A stretch of DNA of 64,000 nt, taken from the NCBI RefSeq assembly GCF_009834535.1, contig NC_045707.1, positions 62,126,001-62,190,000 of the forward strand, read 5' to 3'. Within the stretch, counting starts at the first letter, position 1. The number at the start of each line of letters is the position of its first letter. Position numbers and translations under genes: made by a program. Origin of the DNA: Camelus ferus. Taxonomy: Eukaryota. Shown here one piece after another: positions 13,970 through 25,674 of the stretch. The notes beneath the pieces were generated by a model. It saw only the letters and a list, made by a program, of their open reading frames with translations. It was not told the DNA's origin and searched no databases.

Positions 13970-15968
13970 GAGAATATGTATCTGGAACTATTCTTCCAAA
14001 TACTCATGATAAAATGTAAGGAGCAAAATAAATAAATCTGAGAAGAAAATTTTTTATTTAATGAAAATTGGGTTGTTACATTTATATATGTTAACTGAAT
14101 TTATATTTAATCATTATTATGTAGTTAATGACTTTATCTGGAAATTATGGATGCCTCCCAAACTGAAAATCCCAAAGGAGCAACCAGAATGGTTGAATCG
14201 ATGGAATTCAAAGCATCTGAGGATAAAATAGGAAACAATCAATTGTACAAGCTCACATTTGACTAAAAGTAATTCTGAGATGTATGAAAATTGTGTAATT
14301 TAAATTGTGTTACACAATTTAAAAATTTAGAAAATGTATCTGATAATGTGGTAAGAGACTTGCATTTGCTTCTGTCCTATTTTTAGCACTTCTCTCTAGT
14401 AGGAATTCAGCAAATAAAGCATTTCATTTGACTATATTGGTTTGAATCATTACAATGACTCTGGATTATAAATGGCTTACAAATTATAGGAGAGGGTTTA
14501 CATTCTCCTAACTGCATCTTACCTTCTTTCTCTCTTGACTTATAGGCAATCTTTTCAGTATACCTCATTACATTACTCTCAGAGTACATTAATCTCACCA
14601 CTTTTAAAAATAAACACCTGCCAGACTTCTCGTACTGATTGTACCTGAAGAAACTCTTCTAAAATTGTCCCTTTACACATCTCTTATTCCTAGGTATAAT
14701 TAGAAGAAAGGCAAAGTGATCATAAAGCTAAATTCAGTTTTGTTATTTTAATACAACAATAACCAAGTGCTCCAATGTAAGTGTCCTTTAATTCCTTCTT
14801 AAACAGATGATAAAAACTATACTAGAGCATGTCATTTGGAAGTCAAATCTTGTATCCTTCCCTAAATACGTGCATGGGTTAGAAACACACTAATTAAATT
14901 CAGAACTCATTATAGTGTGATTCCCTTAGTGAATGGAAAGGTAAAGTCTCACTCAGCACAGTTTACCAAGCAAAAAAACAAAAGAAACCCCCCAAAAAAC
15001 CCAGCATTAAATGCAATTTCTTCCAAAATCACATGATGCTCTTACATGCTAGAAAATCATTCAGGCTTGACAGAAAGAAAACACTTTTAAATTGGAAAAG
15101 TCTTTTGTTTTCAAACTTTTCCCCCGGTTCTTATTTCCCTTTTACATTCTCAAGTCACTAATGTTCCACACAAGTATACTCCTTAGGGCTCTGTGCACCA
15201 TTCCCCGTGTGTTTATTTCCCACTTGAGTGCTAGAAGGAAATGTTAATCTGCCATTACTTTTTAAAAATAATTGTGTCTTCCTGATTGATATAACTTATT
15301 CGATTGAGCCACAAGAAAAATGATCCATATTCAGTCATTTTGATCTACAAAAAAGTATTTTCAAATGGCTACAATGTTATCAAAGTATTGAGAATTTCTT
15401 CAAATCAGAAAAAGGTATTCTAATACAATCAATCATATAAATTAGTTTTTTAAAATTTACTGTTTCTGCGACTTTAATTTCCCTAGATTTAGACTTACTT
15501 GTGGGTAGATTACTTGCCTTTTGCCAAACGATATTTTCTCCCTTTGCTAACTTCAGGGATTATTTTAATCTGAGTGTGGTTAGAAAAAGAGTATAACTGG
15601 AATAATAGGCTTTAATCGAGGGATTTCAGCTTATGTATTTCTGGCAGAAATTAGGGGAGTGAAAAATAGTTTAACCTAGAGCTGGAGCACTAGAAAGAGA
15701 GTTATTAATGATGTCAGCTGAAACACAGACTGAGGAGGTAAGAAGCCCCAACATTACAGGGACTGTTGACAAGATTGCTTTTCCCTAGACCTGCAAGTCA
15801 GAGAGATCTCTAGGCCATCACACCTGACCCCACTTTCTTTCACTTTCTTAATTTTACTCAAATTCTTCTTAATGGGAAACTAACTTGTGCTAATACAGGG
15901 AAAGGAATTCCATGGAAAGTATGTCCTGGCCAAAGAAGGAAGTGTGATGGCAATTCCAAGTTGACGAT

Positions 15969-16018
15969 CACACACACATATATGTGTGTGCACGCACACA
16001 CACACACACACACACACA
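15969..16018. repeat. Compound (CA)/(TA)/(TG) microsatellite
   Basis: 50 bp of unbroken pyrimidine-purine alternation read directly. Confidence 0.9.
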
Positions 16019-17475
16019 GACACACTCAACTCAAAAGATCTTGCCAATAAACTAAGCAGCAATGCTTTTCCTAGATCTTTAGGACATATTGACCACTTTT
16101 GCTCACAGGCATGATTACGAAGGTAACTGATAGGTAAGTCAGGTCTAATAATAAAACATTCTTCTCACACTCTGAAGGAAAGTGGGTCAGCCTGCTCAGC
16201 TTCTGTATGAGCAATGACTCTCTCATCTGTCTGCTCAGTTCTGATGCCTTCTCCTTCTGTTACAGGATTAAGTAAGTACTTGTGCTTTAAAGCCTCTCCG
16301 GACTAGATATTCAAGTCATCCAACAATCATTAATGTAAGTAAATATGAATAACTATGGAATGAGAAAAACAGAACAAAATTCTTTTTTTCTTTCCCCACA
16401 GAGAAGCTCTTTCCAAAGAGACAAGCTCTTGTTTACAAATATTGGGGCATAATTATTATACCATCTAGTCTTACCATTTGGAGAAAACTATTTGTGAAGT
16501 ACAAAAGAAGTATGTGAAAACAAAGTGTCCCTTATTGTGATTTTAAATATTTTAAAACTACTTACTGTTCTTTCTTTAGAATGTTGTTTAAAAATAAACG
16601 TTTGTCACCAATTTATGTACATCAAGTATCATTTTCCTACAGGATATATTTTATTTTTCTTCTCATTTCATGATCTTCAGAAATACATGTATCTGACTGT
16701 AATCAAAATTTAAGTGAAAAGATTGTGAATCTTGTAAGTGTATCATCATTTGAAATATAGGAAACCACGAAAGAACGGAGACCTAAGAGTGTCCACGAAT
16801 GTCATACTTGTCTAAAATTACTGTGTTACTGCATGAATGGGAGAACACAAGTAAGTGGGGTTAAGAAAAGGGCAATTGTTACAAGGTTGCGGGGCTGACA
16901 ATGATGTTCAGTCGGACAGTAAGATGGAGGGATATGAACATGGTGTTAGAAGTAAGGGAAGGATTTTAGAGCCTTGAAAAATAAGCAAAATAATATTATA
17001 TTTCTTAGTGAAGAATGAAATCAGTTGATGGCTTTGAGAAACACAGTCAACGTAGAAGATGAAATTTTATTTTCATCCCCAAAATTCTACCCCAAAAGAC
17101 TTTTTGATGTGTTAGTCTTGGGTACCTTTGTTTGCTAACTAACGCCAAAGCAGATGGACAGTGTTTTGTCTATTTTATCTTTCTCATGTCAGAAACTTGT
17201 TGGCTTCCTTGAAATTTAAATTCATAAAATGTATCACTTAATGATTAATTCTGGTGTTATAATTTTAACCAGAGATGAGTCTCATTATTGTATGGAATTA
17301 GATCATTTCCTAATATGACAATATAAAATTTTTGATTTTTTAAAAAAAGCCTTACTTTTAAATGTCTCAAGGTATTTAGATCTAAATCTTGGTGGTTTCT
17401 GTTAATACTGAAGTAGAGAATTAGGCGGCTTACACTGCATTTAATTAAAATTAGGACCATCTATACTTGAATATT

Positions 17476-17852
17476 TTTATTTTAGAATATAGATTTATAA
17501 GAGTTGCAAAGACAGTACAAACAGGCACTGTATAGTCCACACTCAGTTTCTCCTATTATTACTATGGTACATTTGCCACAATTAATAAATTGATATCTGC
17601 ACATTATGAACTGAAGTCCATGCTTTCAGATTTCTGTAGTTTTCCCCTAATCTCCTTACTCTTTTCCAGGACCCCATCTAGAACAACTCATTACAGTGAG
17701 CTGCCATGTCTACTTAGCCTCCTCGTGGTTGCCACAGTTTCTTAGACTTTCTTTGGCTTTTGTGACTTGATAGTTTTCAAGATTACTGACCCAGGTATTT
17801 TGCAGAACTTGGATTTGTCCGATGTTTTTCTCACGGTAAGACTGGGCTAGTA
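17476..17852 (-). mobile_element. L1MC-type 3' end (MER42-like), with TSD
   Basis: 'gttgcaaagacagtaca', 'ttccaggaccccatc', 'cagtttcttagactttc', 'gatgtttttctca'. TSD tatacttgaatatt (17462-17475) vs tatacttgaacatt (17853-17866). Confidence 0.85.
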
Positions 17853-17994
17853 TATACTTGAACATTATAGAGGGGAAGAAGGTTTTAAAACTGTTACTCA
17901 GAAATGACCATTATCTAGTAAATAAAGATAAATTTATAGGGAAATGAATGAAAAATTGTAATACGTATTTCATATCAAAATATAAAGTTCAAAG

Positions 17995-18188
17995 AGCAGA
18001 TTTTTCTAACTTTGTGAAACCTCAATCCATGATAATGTATATAATTTATATGATGCCTCAGTAGACATACACACCTATAAAACTGAAAAAATAAGATGCT
18101 CTGTTTTCTTTCTCTAATTGCTTTTAATCTACTAAATTCACTTTACAATCAACTAATATGCCATGACTTGCAGTTTCAATAGACTGCT
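17995..18188. mobile_element. Probable hAT-Charlie MER-type DNA transposon remnant
   Basis: Degenerate ends 'cagatttttctaact' and 'cagtttcaatagactg'. Confidence 0.35.
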
Positions 18189-21100
18189 CTAATTTACTAT
18201 GTATCACAGAGGAAATCAAAGAAAGGTTTTTTTTCCTTCGTAGCTTTGATTGAATATTGCCAAAGACAGAGGGGGAAACTGAGCACAGATAGTGGAGAGA
18301 TGATGTAATATCTAATAATACAAAGTTCCCTAAAGAATTTCTTTACATCTGCTGGAAACACAAAAGGCTAAGTGAGAAAAAACTAAACACACGTTGTTGT
18401 GATCTCCACTATGGCCATTATAGTTAAATTAGGTGTGAATCAAGAATAAAAAAGTTAATTACATGGATAAAGGTTGTACAGTAAGCCAGTAGTACAGAGG
18501 AAAACAAAAACCAGGCATCTGTCCCCTGTAGTCACTGTCACATACGTCCCACAAATGATTGATTCAGCAGTAAATTGCATTCTCTTCAATTATTACATAG
18601 GTCTGCTTTTCACTATAAAAGAGAAAACGAGTGTAGGGATTTCAAAACTATGTACAAATGATTTTGATTCTCAATTTCATTTCTCTACAGAGTATGAAAA
18701 AATTGCAGGAATTGTGTAATTTTTTACACGATTGAAACAGAATGTCTTCTGTTTCAAGTGACTTGCACTATAGCGGTCCCCACGGCACAGTCCCACACTC
18801 GAGCTAAAAGGTAATATTACAGGGATCATTTCCAAATGGAGATAAAAATAAGACAAGAATCCTTCACCCTGCATCGCAATAGGAAATGTGACTCAGAAGC
18901 GTGTTTTCTTATTACTTCTGTTTGCTTAAAGGGGTGAACGCGCATCTGGGGAGTATTTTCAGAAAGGGCAGATTGTGGCAGGGACGTTGTCAAGGGACTG
19001 AAGTATGGTCTAGGCATGTAAGGAATTTTAATTCAGGCATTTGGGGAGTCTTATGAATTCAGTTCTTGGTTAAGAGCCCAAACAGTAGCTCGTTAGTGAC
19101 ACTGTTAATGCCAGAAGAGACATGGGTTCAGTTCCCAGTGTCAGTAGCTCCCTCTTCAGGCCATTTGGCACACATGATGTATAGAGGTTGCCTGGGGTTT
19201 AAAAAAAAAAAAAAAAAAAAGCTGAAGGCCAGGAAGTGTGTTGCTCACCAACAATTTTGCTGGCCAAGAAATGATCAGCATGTTGACAGGCACTCTGATT
19301 AGCTATCCATGAGGAGATGCACTGTCAGGCTGCATGCATGTGCATAAAGCAAGAAGGGGTGAAGCTGAAGGTAGAAGACAGCTAGGCACACACGCCGTTT
19401 GAGCTCGGCCAGCTCAGGTAAACATGAAGGTGATTCATCTCGTCTAAATATAGATAAGAAAAAAATTGCAGCCATTGCAAGCTAGTAAATTATCTACTCT
19501 TGATTCATATAAATAAAATCAAGTCCTATTCAAAAACAACTTGGTTTGTTGACTTTTGCTTGGCTAATTTTTCATAGGGCTCTTTGTTTTGGTCGTTATG
19601 CTTTGTTATTTTAAGTCTACAACGCCCGTAACTTCATTTGTGACTTAGTGCTCCTTGTAATGGGGATGACGTTTCAATTTCTTAAAACATCTCTTGATGG
19701 TATTTTTCCACATTAAAACAAGCTTGATAGAAAAAAAGTACCAGCATCTTTAAACGAGCCATTATTATATTCATAAACAAAGTAAGACCAAAGGGAGCGA
19801 ATGGAACAGAAGAAAGGTAATTTTCCATAAAGCATGACAGCATTCTGACACGTAGCTCAAAGTGTGCTGAAGTCAGTGGTTTCTACACTTGATTCAATTA
19901 ATTCCTAAAAGAGACCTGAAGTTGTGTGCAAAACTTTGAGCAAATATGTATTTGTGCATTTTTTATGAAATAAATTATCAATAGTTTTCATAGCATTTTG
20001 AAAGCATTCTCAAGTGGATACATGACCAAAAGTGGTCAAATTCTCCTCTCCCTCCAAATATATCAGATTAATGTGCATTTTTTCCAAACTTTCAAGAAAC
20101 TAGATCACTTATGTCTTAAATTGTATTTTGTGGTCAGATGAAATTTCTTCAAGATTTTTGTCTTCAATTTCCCCCAACTTTCTATCCTACTTTATTCTAC
20201 ATTATCTTAAGAGATATTTCCACTGTGCTACTGGTTTGTTTTTTTAAATTTTCCAGAGTTGGTTGAATCTGCCTTTAAACTATTGCCCAAATGCCATTTT
20301 AAAACAAAGTCTATTCATTTTTCCCCAAAAAAGGGTTGGGTTGGGTTGAAAGGCAGAATAAGGTATTTAGAGAATACGTGACAAAAGACAGACATGCTAA
20401 GTGGTTGTTGCCAGGGGCTTTCCAAGAGGGGTATCAGGGTACCACCGATGGTCAGGCCAGTGGAGCACGGCAGCGAACAGTTTAAGAGCTGTCACTGCTC
20501 AGAGATCCACATGGATAAGCTAAAAAAAGAATGCATGAAGTAGCAGGGTGACAGACATTAGGGGATTAGTTGCAGTCTCTGGAAGGTGGAAGCACAGTGG
20601 TTAATGAGAGAGAAAAAGCAGGGGTTCAGGCTTGAGGGACTGGAGACACTCTAAGATAGGCAATTTAAGGAGGATCCTTGGTGCAGGAGACCAGCGACAA
20701 TCAACTGTTACAGGAACAAAGCAGAAGCATGATTTCTTGATCTGGCCTGTATGGTCAAGGCTAGATTGGTAGCAATGACAACTTGTTGCTGACCATGTAG
20801 CAGTGAATTAAATTCTTGCTGGCAGGGAAGAATTTGGGGTCTAGAAGCAATGGCAAGGTTGAGCTTAATGCCAAGAAATCTGGCAAAAGGGAAGTAGTAC
20901 CCAGATCCTGATGCTGTGGATACCTGACCTGTTTCATACACACATTACTTTCAGTAGTCTTTAATTATGTTCTTTAATTAGGGACAATAGAACTTTTTAG
21001 TAATAGGTCCCCCATTATTATTGAGGACATATTATGTGTAAAATACTCTTTGTTCTTTACTAAACAGTATTAACAATAAATTAAACCTAAGACAATTTTG

Positions 21101-24100
21101 ATTGCTCAAAGTTTGCAAATGTCTACTCACAGGGAGTTTGCTGTTAAAATGTTTATCTCAGCCATGTCATACTGTAGGTCACATCTTCTAAATCAAGAAA
21201 TACAGAATATCCTTAAACTTGAAATACTGCCCTGTTACACAAACATCACATTTTAAATATTCCTTTCAAATGGAAAAAAAATCCGTCAAAATTTCTTAAA
21301 TAATATTTTCAATAAATGCCTTATTTTACCATTCTTTTGCAGAGACCCCATTATTAAGCCAGTCTGTCAAAGCATACATTTTTACTTACTTTCATTGCCT
21401 CTCTGAAAACCGGTGTAGATGTGGATGTCAACCCTTTCTTATACAACACTACTCTCTGGGAAAAAAAAAAAATGGTAAATTATTTCGTAAATACTAATTT
21501 TAAAATAAAGTGTGCACTAAATTTTTTTTTTTTTTTGTAATCTACAATGCAAATCAGAGTGCTGGAAAGGGTGGGGTGATGATTAGAATATCACTTTTAC
21601 TTCTACTCCTCAAAGCTCCTATTATGAGGAAGATGCTGCTAGTACCTCTCGGTTCTTGTATCAGCCTGTTGACTTTGCAAACTGAAAGCTCTTGATCTTT
21701 AATGAGCTGTAGCACATCTGTATGCATAATACTGTCTTCCAAACTCCTCAACGATACAAAAACATTAGGCACGTATCACGGAGCTCTTTTAATACATTTT
21801 CCATGCAACAGTGCTTTTCCAAAATACAACCCATTTTTGCATAAAAAATAAGATTTTACTGTGTGGGGATAATCAGGTAGTTATGCTGAACTAATGAGCT
21901 TTTTCTCTTTCTGACAGTCCTCAGATACAGTAATTGGGGAATTTAGTTATTCCTTAGGTCTAGGAATAATGAGTTCTCTACCTTTGGTCATCATGAAAGA
22001 TTTCCTTACACTGGAATATCCTGGCCAGGCAAGCTCATTAGCAAGCACCACTCCAATCCATTGATTACATTATATGAAATAATAGGCTGTCTGTCTATTC
22101 ATTCGTATAAAACCATTCATTAAAACTGAGCTTTTCTACATATAATGGAAATTGATTATGCCCACTTGCCACTGTTATTTTTATGACATAAATTAATCTG
22201 AAAAGATGTGTTAGTTTTCTTCTTTACTACATAAAGCAAAATTTAAAAATTAAAAAAAAAATCATCTAAGGGAAGGGATAATGTATTAGCTGGGATAACC
22301 TGACTTTATATCTTTAGAGGAAATCTTTTTTTTTCCCCTCTAGCTTGGAATCACATTTTAAGAATTCCCTTGTCATAATTTTTAGACACTCCACTGCTTT
22401 TTCTGTTTATTGCATTGTGCTCCAGAATTCAGCCTTGGTGCTCCCCAGTCATACAAATCCCCTATTCTGAGAGGAATATTCAATCGAAAAGGGAGAGGAA
22501 GGGCCTGTGAAATTCATTTAGACCAACAGCGTATTTATTTAGCACCAAAGGGCAACAATCTTATCTTGAAAAGACGTTTTATATTTTCCCCCCAAATGAC
22601 AAACAAGCTAGTGAGAAGGTGGCAAGTCTTCAGCCTTTGACTAGTGTGTTCTCTGAAGCTCTGGCCTATTTCTTGCGCTGTTGTGGAAATAGCTGCTGGG
22701 TTCCTATTTCTTTCCCTCCTCAGTGTCACTTCTTTCAATAGTTCTCTATGTCCATGATCAAAGGTATAGGAGCTGGAGGGGTTTCATGTGCTCCCAGCAT
22801 CAGAAATGCAAGCACATGGCTACTTCTTTGAGTGAGCATAAGACTTAGCTTCAATTCTATGTTTAGAGATTAAAAAATAATAGTTTATTATTATTTTTTA
22901 ATATTTCTGATTTTAATAGAAGTCAACTTGTTAAAAAATGTGTCTTTTTGGGTACTCTCTCCATTTTCTGGCTTGTTTGGGGGCACCAAGAAAATAAGAG
23001 TAAACTGATGAGAGGCTCAAGAAAAGGGCATGACTGATTTAAAGTAAAAGAATTAACAAATGAACACCATCATCTGCCTGTTTAACAGCCAAGAGAATAA
23101 AAACCACAATGACCAAAAAATAAATAAATAAATAAAAATAAAAGGAAGAAGGAAAAAGAAAGAAAAAAGTGTACCTTAGTTTTCTGTAAGCTAAGGGAGC
23201 AAAACAATGGCGTCTTAACAGCTACTGCAACCACTGTTAGGACTGAAGCACTGAATCATCCCAAGCCCATCTGTCAGACAATCAGGAAACCTCTACACTT
23301 TAGCTGGGTCTTTAGCACAGGGATGGAGGTACTCACAGGTAGCTCTCTTGTAGCGAAAAGTTTAATGCAGTGTACAGCACATCACTGAAAATTGGCCAAG
23401 ACAGGCAGGGACTTGGCAGACACTTTCTGGAGCTCCTAGTGCCAATAAGATGTCTTTGCTAGGTGAAAACAAGTAAGAACCAAAATTCTTTCCAGCCTGC
23501 AGAGATAAAAGGTTCCTGGGCATTGCTGAGCATTAGCTAGCCATCCTAAAACCCTTCATTTTGTGCACTTGTTCTGAGTTGTGTTTTTGTTGCAGTTGGC
23601 TCCCTACGTGGGAACTGGCTATGCCCTGCTGGGTTAACCATGATGGGCAGGTGGTATGAGGGACTTTCGGTGTTTTGAGTGTAGCTCAGTGGAGTTTAGG
23701 ATGACCTTTACCACAAGAGGGTGGTACAGATCTGTGGAAGGCAGGTGATGTTTTAATCCCCACCCCACTTCCCCTTTTAAATCAGTCTCCGTTTTCTCAG
23801 TCTTTCATGTCTTATCTTTTTCTAGAAATACCTACAAAGGCCATTCTACAAGCTTACATTTCAGTGTCACTTTGTCAGCTTCAGATGTGTCAAAAAACAA
23901 AGTGACCATGGCTGGGGGGACGAGGGGGTGCTGGGATTCAACAATTAAATTCTATATTGACGCTCTGGCAAACATTTAGAAACTGTCTCCTTAAATCCCA
24001 CAGGTAAGACTCTGGAATGTCTTATCAGCATTCAGTGTCTATGAAGGAGGAAAAGGGAAAGAAGGGAAAGGGATTAGCTGAAGGTTAATATTTATTCACA

Positions 24101-24134
24101 GATACTTATGTCCTTACAAATTGCAAGAATAGTG

Positions 24135-24390
24135 TCATTTCATTTATAAATAGTTTATTGAATTTCCACTATGTTCCAAGCAGTTAAGATACAGCAATGG
24201 ACCAGAGGCAAAGCCCTGCCCTCATGTAGCTTAAAACATGAGTGGGAAAGACAAAAGCCAAGTATATTTACAAAGACATATATGTCAGGTGGTGGTAAGT
24301 GTTAACAAGGAATGTAAATCAGGTTAAAGAGACACTCGGGGAAAAGGGTCGTGCTATTTACATGAAATAGTTAAGTAAGGCTCATCTGAA
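24135..24390 (-). mobile_element. L2 fragment
   Basis: 'tttattgaatttccactatgttccaagca...gatacagcaatg...ccctgccctcatgtagctta'. Confidence 0.75.
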
Positions 24391-24534
24391 TCAAATATAA
24401 AAGTGAGTTTGTATAAATTGAGTAAGTATCCATTCATTCAACATGCATTTATTGGCTACTTATATATGATGGAAAACAGGTATTTTATTTAGTATTCTTG
24501 CATTCTTCAGGCATTATTAATTGTTGCCACTCTG

Positions 24535-24740
24535 GCATAGCATAAAGCTCGAGAGCTTAGGTTTCGATGTAATACACCTGCGTGTGTGTCTCACTGTAGT
24601 ACGATGTGTAATGAGAAATTACATAATTTAGTTGGGTTCCAGTTTCCTCATATATAAAATAATATTTGTAATAATAAATGAAGAAGCACCGAGAATAATG
24701 CCTGGAACACAATTCACACTTGTTGAATGCGTTACTGAAA
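24535..24740 (+). mobile_element. MIR fragment
   Basis: 'ccagtttcctcatatataaaat', 'aatgcctggaacaca'. Confidence 0.55.
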
Positions 24741-25377
24741 TTGTTAAAATAAATGCATGGTCAAGTCTTTCAAGTTAAAAAAGTATCAATTATGTGCACT
24801 TTTAGTTTTTTTTTTAAAGTTATTAAAGCCTTCCACTTCTTTCAGTGGTAGCATTTTTTAAAATGCTTACAGACTGTGATAAGAAAAAAAATAAATAGCT
24901 GCCATTACTTTTCTACAAATAAAAACAAGTTAACCCAAAGACCTCCTTTTCAAGAGAACTCAGCTACCTCGAGAATTCTCTTTCTATAGTTTCTACAGGT
25001 GTTCTACATTTAGGAGCAGAGGCAGAATGTTATGGATTATCCAGTGGTAAGGAAAGAGAGTAGGGTCTGTATTTTTTTTTTTTTTTCTGAAATCTCTCTA
25101 TACTCTGCCACAGCCTTTGGTCACCAAGATCCTCAGACTCTGAGACCTCCTTGTCCTGACTTTAGATCCTCCCAACATTTCTGACCCCATTTGAGGGTAA
25201 CAGGAACTCTCGTCTACTTGGGATGTGAAGCAGTTGTCAGGCTTCAGCCTCACTCAGGACAAGGTTGAAAGGCTTCCATCCTCCCCGTAACACATGCTCA
25301 GAAGGCAGGCATGAGTCCAAACCCAGGGCTTCCTCCTGTACCCTCAGGGTGGATCCACTGGCTACTCCCTGACCTGT

Positions 25378-25419
25378 TCTGGGCTCTGGGCTCTGGCCTC
25401 TAGCTTCTGGCCTCTGGAT
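25378..25419 (+). repeat. Degenerate 7-mer tandem repeat (TCTGGSC)x6
   Basis: tctgggc tctgggc tctggcc tctagct tctggcc tctggat. Confidence 0.7.
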
Positions 25420-25492
25420 GGGGCAGGTGTAAGGACTTTTTTTCAAAGAACGATGTCTAAATCATTCTTATCAAATTTCTTTGAACCTGGAT

Positions 25493-25674
25493 CAGTGGTT
25501 CTCAAGGGTGCAGTAGAATCACCTGGAGGGCTTTTGAAGCACAGACTGCAGAGCACTATACCCATGGTTTCTGATTTAGTAAGTCTCAGATGGAGCCTGA
25601 TAACTTGAACGTCTAATAAGTTTCCCTGTGCTGCTGACGCTGCTGGCGCAGGAACAGTACCTGGGAAACCACAG
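25493..25674 (+). mobile_element. MER5A-like hAT-Charlie MITE
   Basis: Starts 'cagtggttctcaa', contains 'agaatcacctggagggctt' and 'gtttctgatttagtaagtct', ends 'aaaccacag'. Confidence 0.85.

Noticed and set aside
20330..20940. More GC-rich, purine-rich block that looks LTR-like (similarly 60760-61080 with TATAAAA)
   Set aside because: I could not assign a family, termini or TSD by eye. Needs RepeatMasker.
21554..21772. Protein-like ORF (LEDSIMHTDVLQLIKDQELSVCKVNRLIQE)
   Set aside because: No convincing splice sites and no recognisable homology.
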